A DNA stretch of 64,000 bases. Origin: Eledone cirrhosa (Eukaryota). Shown here piece by piece: positions 57,173 to 64,000 of the stretch. The stretch is taken from positions 22,010,001 to 22,074,000 of the forward strand of contig OZ024756.1 in the NCBI GenBank assembly GCA_964016885.1. Reading direction: 5' to 3'. The translations under genes and the position numbers were made by a program. Position 1 is the stretch's first letter. Each line of letters opens with the position of its first letter. The notes beneath the pieces are model-generated. The model saw only the letters and a list, made by a program, of their open reading frames with translations, was not told where the DNA came from and did not search any database.

Positions 57173-59787
57173 GATTAGTTATTGAAATAAAATAGAGGTT
57201 CTAAGTAACCGAGAAAAAAAAAGCCAAATCTATGCTATAACAAGAGCCGTGTCCGTTTGTTCGTCCGTCTCGCACTCTATATACTAAAACGTAACGTGCG
57301 AACAAACGAAAAGAATATGTATTTTTTGGGGTTGTGTGTGTGTGTGTGTGCGCGTGCGCGTGTGCGTGTGCGTGTGCGTGTGCGTGTGCGTGTGTGTGAA
57401 AGCCAGATAGGTAGGTAGAGAGAGTTGTCACCACACTGTGGGGTGAGGGTGGATTTTAAGTGTAAGTTTGTCAGCACATGGGGAAAAATACGTGTGTGTG
57501 TGTTCCTGTATTTCGCAAGGAAAAACCCGGGCTAGAACTAATATTATATAAGGTGTAATACTTAGACGTACAGTATCAAACTAGCATGATGGTGACAACT
57601 ACCGGAACACCTGTTATCAAATGTCGATTACTCAATCTATTTAATCTGCATCTAAAGAACACAACTACTACTAATGCCACCACCCCCACAATCACTACTA
57701 CCACTACTACTACGACCATCACCAATACTACTACTACTACTACTACTTCTGTATTTTGCGTATCTTTTCCCAAATATTTCTTTCTGTCGTTTTAGTAGCC
57801 TCACATTTGCTTAGATGTTATCCTAACACTGTTAAATTTAACAGCAAAAGCAGCGGACCTATTGCAGAGTATTTTACTTTTTACTAAGCCATGTTAAATT
57901 ATTATTTTGGGACAGGTGGATTGCAGCATTTATTTATATAGTTATTTATTTATTCAATTAATCTAAACCTCCGCATAGAGCTATTAAACCATGACAGACT
58001 AGGGGAAGTATCTAGTACTTCTTACAGTTAAGAAAAAAAAACAGCAAGATAAACAGAGATAATTATATATAAAAATAATTGAATTTGAAAAAAAAAATTA
58101 ATAAAATATAAAAAAATGAAACAGGGAAGGCCAACTGGAGGCAAAATAAACTTAAACAATGTTAACGTAAAAATGTTAAGCAAGAGAAGCTGTAAAGGAG
58201 ATCCTGTTGTTGAACCTTTTCGTAACTTCCATGTACTCAAAGATTTTGGTATCTCATAGATTCTTTCGAAGTGAAATGATACAAAAAAATGTCAAATGCT
58301 GATGAGATTGGAATTTACTTATTAGAGGAAAGAAATTGTCTATTATAAAGCATTCTTTTGTAGTCACACTGCATAATGTTCTAGAATATTCATTCTTCCC
58401 AAGACAAAATATGAATTGCTAGCATTGAGTGTATCATACGCCAGGAATGGCAGAATATCAATTATTCATTTAGGTGAACAATAATAGAAAGGACTATATC
58501 ATAAAAATATCCTCAGCAATCTTTTGTAGGAATGAAAATAACGAATTAGTTACGAAGCTATATTCTGTTGTCATTAAATGAACAGAACAATGAGAGCTTG
58601 AAATTACCCTATGAAATATTAACCACAAAATAAACATACTCCGTGTCATATATAAATAGACCCATATGGTGAACCATAATAGATTTCACTTGCAAAATCA
58701 TGAAAGCATCTTTAGCATATGTGTTTTTAGTGTGTTTCTATATTCAATTTTAATAATTCTCCGGTGGAAATTTCTTTAAGTCATCTAAAAGACATAAATC
58801 ATTTTAAGAAATAAATGATATTATTTTCTTTTGTTAAGCAATTTTTCTGAAGTTTAAAAGTTTTTAATATGGTTTCTGTCTTGATTAGTCCTCGAGGAAT
58901 TGTTCACGACATGTACAAAAAATAAGAAGTTCAAGAATGTGTTTCTTTATCTTCATTTTGCAGAAAGAAATCGATCATTTCGTCTGTGTCTACAATTTGA
59001 GACGTTTGATAAGTTTCACGTGAAAATGTGTATTTCATATTGTGAAATAAAATTAAAAGAAATCAATTTCTATTTCCATTTCCTGTGCGTTTACAACTAG
59101 GAATAAATGAAATGATGGGGGAGGTTTCTCAGATTTTACCACCAGAAATAAAAAAAAAATAAAAAAAAGACTTGTTAAAATAGACCCTCATTTTGGAGAT
59201 AGTTAATAAGGATTGTAGCACAAGTTTACACATTTTTTAAGGATACGTAGAAGATTATGTTCATCCAAGTATTTGACATCGGAAACATTTGGAATCAGTC
59301 AGGTAACTATACACTAAAATCGATTTTGTCTAAATATTTGGTTTGAAATTCGTATACAAATTTCTTCGCTGATTGACAAGTTATTCTTTTCTCGTTCACG
59401 AAATACATTACAAACATTATGATGGCAGCAGTCAGAAAGATATTCAGAATTCAGCGGCATAATATGATCAAAGAGCTGATAGTTATACCTTGTAACAGGA
59501 ATTTTTAGTGTGATTTGTTATCCGTGTCGGTGAAGTTATACAAATCAAGGAAAAAGAAATAACATAAATATTCATAATTTATATTATTGTTATTACTCTT
59601 ACGATTTCATCAATATTAAAGTGACCCGGAGAAATTCCACATTTCATCATTTTTCTAAATTATATTTTTACGCAGAGATTTATAGATCTGATTCATGATG
59701 TGTAAAGATTTCGACAATATATTTGATTTCCTTATATAGTTTAGGTTGTATCATAGGTAACACATGAAGAGATTATTATTATTATTA

Positions 59788-60000
59788 AGGTTAGTGAATA
59801 GGCAAAATCGGAAGAGCGTCGGGCAAAATTATTTGCAGCATTTATTTATGGTCTTTTACCTTCTGAGTTCAAATTCCACCGAGGTTTGTTTCGCATTTTA
59901 TCCTTACAGGGTCGATGAGATGAAGTACCTCTAACGCACTTAAGTCGATTTAATCCAGTACCCCGCCCTCCAAAAGTGTGTTTAAATCAGAAATCACTTA
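59788..60000 (+). mobile_element. Diverged SINE family 1 copy
   Basis: ctgagttcaaattccaccgagg..atccttacagggtcgat. Confidence 0.7.
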
Positions 60001-60683
60001 TTATTTGAAGTATTTAAAAACAATGTAAGCAGATGTAACTCAATACCTCCTACCATTGACCCCCATATATCTTAATTGTTCGTTCGTTACTGAGACACGA
60101 GAATCTTCAATTGGAGCAATTAACATCAATTCATCTACTTATCTATTAATACATCCGGGGCTTGATTTCAGTAGCAGTCAATAGCTTCAAGAGGCATGTC
60201 ATCCTCTCTGACATTAAATTCGACTTAACTTAATACATATCTGAAGAGGCAGACTTCAATTTTAAAAGAACTTGTGATGATATACTTCCATATATTTCAG
60301 TTTCCAATCTCAGTAATAAGAAACCTGGCACAGAACATCCATTTTCACTTCTTCATAAACCAGAATTTGTTTGCATTAGATATACAAATGTGAGAAAAAA
60401 ATCTGTATATATATATATATATGTATATATATTGTTGAGTATACGAAAATTCCACTCCGTTTGTCACAAGTTAATAAATTTCATTTATGCATCAATCCAC
60501 AGAAGCAATTTTGATCTTTGAGTAATTAATAAAAGTCATTCCTTAAATATTACACTTTTTTTACGACAATGTCTGAAGAGATACATCATTGTATGTTTGT
60601 TTCTGTTTATGAGTTCTCTCTTTATCCCTTCCAGTTCCTGATATATATTCACTCAACATCACATATATATATAGTGAGAGAGA

Positions 60684-60740
<57 letters not shown>

Positions 60741-61854
60741 GTAGATCGATAGATGGGTGGATAGACATATACAGATGAGTTTGCAGTAACGGAAACGAAG
60801 AAATCAATCGATACGAGAAACGTAGAACATTGATTGTTGTTTGGTTACACAAAAAGCGAAATTCGCAATGCTTATTACTTCAAAATGCATACATATGCTG
60901 CTAAAATATATATATTGGAGGAGTTATTTCATATGACTATATAGCTTCCTCAACGCCAGGCATTTCAAGAAATCAAGGAAAGAAAAAATATATGAGAAAT
61001 GTCCAACTGTCTGCTGGTTATCACTGGTGAGTGTTTGACTGGAATTTGGATATTAAGGAATAAATGTAATGGAAGTTTTACCGGTTTGATGACGGTTGCC
61101 GTTTTCATTTTTGGCAGCAAAATAATGTCTGGAAAGTCAATAGGAAAGTTCCTTATAAGAAGGTTCCTATTTAGATTTTGAAATGGTCTTAGGTATTAGT
61201 AAGATTCCTTAGGAAGACTGTCGCACAGTAATCTTTATACATCTGCAAACTCCAAATGTTAGGAATTTTATATATTTAGATGCGGCTAGTAAATCACAGT
61301 AGATAAACATTGTAAGATGTTTCAAGAAAGTTGATTATATAAGAGCGTAGCCGATAAGTTATAATATATGGTATTGTCATTTGATCTTTTATATGGCTGA
61401 TACATTACTCATGATCGACCTGTCATAATATTAACAGGTCCCCTTTGTAAAACAGACAACAAAACATTAAGTTATTCCCTTCTCTCCTCTTCTTTTCATT
61501 GTTTCCATTTCTCAAAAGGAAATCCGTTTTATGGCGTTTACATTATCGTTTTATTGAGTAATGATGCATATTTACAACATTAATAAAAAACAGAATAATG
61601 ATAATATTAGTAATAATAATTGGGAAAAGTGAACAATCCTTAGTGAACTATGAATTCAAACAATAATCAATATATATATAAATTTTATTTGAAAATTATT
61701 CACTATAATTCATGAGATATTGATGACATGAAACTAAATTTCAGTAAAGATGATGAAAGCTAACAGCTAATATTGATAATTTTAAAAATGTAACCCATCC
61801 CCCCCCCCCAAAAAAAAACGACTAAATTAACTAGCGTGTATACATACATTCAAT

Positions 61855-62456
<602 letters not shown>

Positions 62457-62487
62457 TGGTGTATATATATATAAACATATAGTTATA

Positions 62488-62527
<40 letters not shown>

Positions 62528-64000
62528 TAATATGCATAGTTTTATTGTTCTACAATATTACTCATCTTCTACATATATATATATATATATATATATGTGT
62601 ATACGCTATACCTACACATTTCTGTATAAAATTAATGTAAATATAAAAAAAAACTACATATTTATGATTATGAAGAAAACAAATATTTCATACACAGGAG
62701 TGTCAAATGTTTCTAAACAACTTGATTATTGTCAGGAATTTACGTAGACAATACGTAAACGTTTAGAGTGTTTTTGGTCCTTTCTTAATGAACACTGAAT
62801 GAACGAACAGTTTAGATTTCATAATAACAGACCCATGTTTCTAAAGTCATCACATGATAATCCCCATTTTCCTGTTTCATATTTTTCCTTTGTCTTTCTT
62901 AGACTGGAATTTTAAGTAAAACGTGAAAATGAATGATAATGGTGGAAGTCATATAATTTCACCCATGCCACTAATGGTAGTTTCCGGAAATAGGATAGTT
63001 GATTTTACACTGGCGCTCTCGGTCTTTTAAGCTATATCAAATCGAGTTTAAAGACGTTGGTTTAAAGAGTGAAGCAAATAACCATTAGAGATACATGATT
63101 AAACATGGTAATGAAGATATATAAGATGGATAACTAGAGACATTAAGAGGCGTGGTTATATAAAGTTTGAAATTATGTGATGTAAGATGTGCGTCAGTAG
63201 GGATTGAAGTACCTTTATCATAATATAATAAAGGGAGGAGTGCGAGACTGTTCTGCATATATTTTTTTATCCCGTAAAATAAGTTGGATTACTTTCAATA
63301 AATAATGAATGAATATTGCATAATTTCTGTACTAAATTTCGTAGCTGTTGATTAAATATAAATATTCTTATATATAATAATTGCTTATTATAAGATTCAC
63401 TTTTTTTTTAATTTTCAAATGTCAACACTTCCGGTTATGATATAACGGACGCTATATCATAACGCTTATATAAACGTTCATATATTTGCATCGTTATATC
63501 ATAACTTTTATATTGCGTATAATATCAATATGCACACTACACATGCTAGCAGATAACAACCCAAACTGTGGTTTTTCTGCTATTAATGTTAATGTTTGAG
63601 ACGTAATTTTCTGAACTAATAAATCAATGAATAGTTTTCAACCTTTCGGGAGTCAATTGTCGATTAAATTATTCAATTATGACCAGAAACAATTCAACTG
63701 CGGTCCATGTAATGGCAGACCGACGGAGCTAATCAGAGGTGGGCGCTACAACATTCGTATTACGACATACTAAAAGGGAAAATTGAATGACTCAAACCCA
63801 GGTACGTTTTAGCATTGGAAGCTGAATGTTTAAACGATAAGCCACACTTCCCAGCGCCCATTCACTTCCAACATATATCTAACCGAGCAAATAACATACA
63901 AAATAATTATTACATACACACACATCCATGTAATGATTGAGGAAGGAAGGGGGGGGGGGGGTGAAACGCAATAGTGACCAGCGTTCCAAGATAAGCTACA

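Overview
Eukaryotic, very AT-rich DNA full of (TA)n, (CA)n and (TACA)n microsatellites. The repeat content is most consistent with an octopus or other cephalopod genome, which is an inference. Almost all ORFs in the track are microsatellite artefacts. The only credible host genes are two intronless class A (rhodopsin-like) GPCRs on the minus strand (44472-45407 and 56162-57172). The rest is transposon-derived: about 20 copies of one tRNA-derived SINE, a second SINE family, 3' remnants of RTE, CR1/L2, R4/Dong-like and CRE-like LINEs, mariner/Tc1/pogo fragments and a 78-bp minisatellite. The main finding is that most short 'unique' islands between the (TA)n tracts belong to more than a dozen sequence-unrelated families of 150-600 bp elements. 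Most carry a type I hammerhead-ribozyme fold (stem I - CUGANGA - stem II - GAAA - short, often palindromic stem III - UH - stem I'). They typically sit in (TA)n as overlapping inverted duplications, and many share a GAGTRC motif about 30-75 nt from the terminus. Three Penelope-like GIY-YIG endonuclease remnants lie upstream of hammerhead or hammerhead-like motifs, and two of them show the same inverted, (TA)n-flanked architecture. This points to a (TA)n-targeting Penelope/hammerhead system that may integrate by priming from both DNA ends. All folds and alignments were read by eye, and no ribozyme activity is demonstrated.
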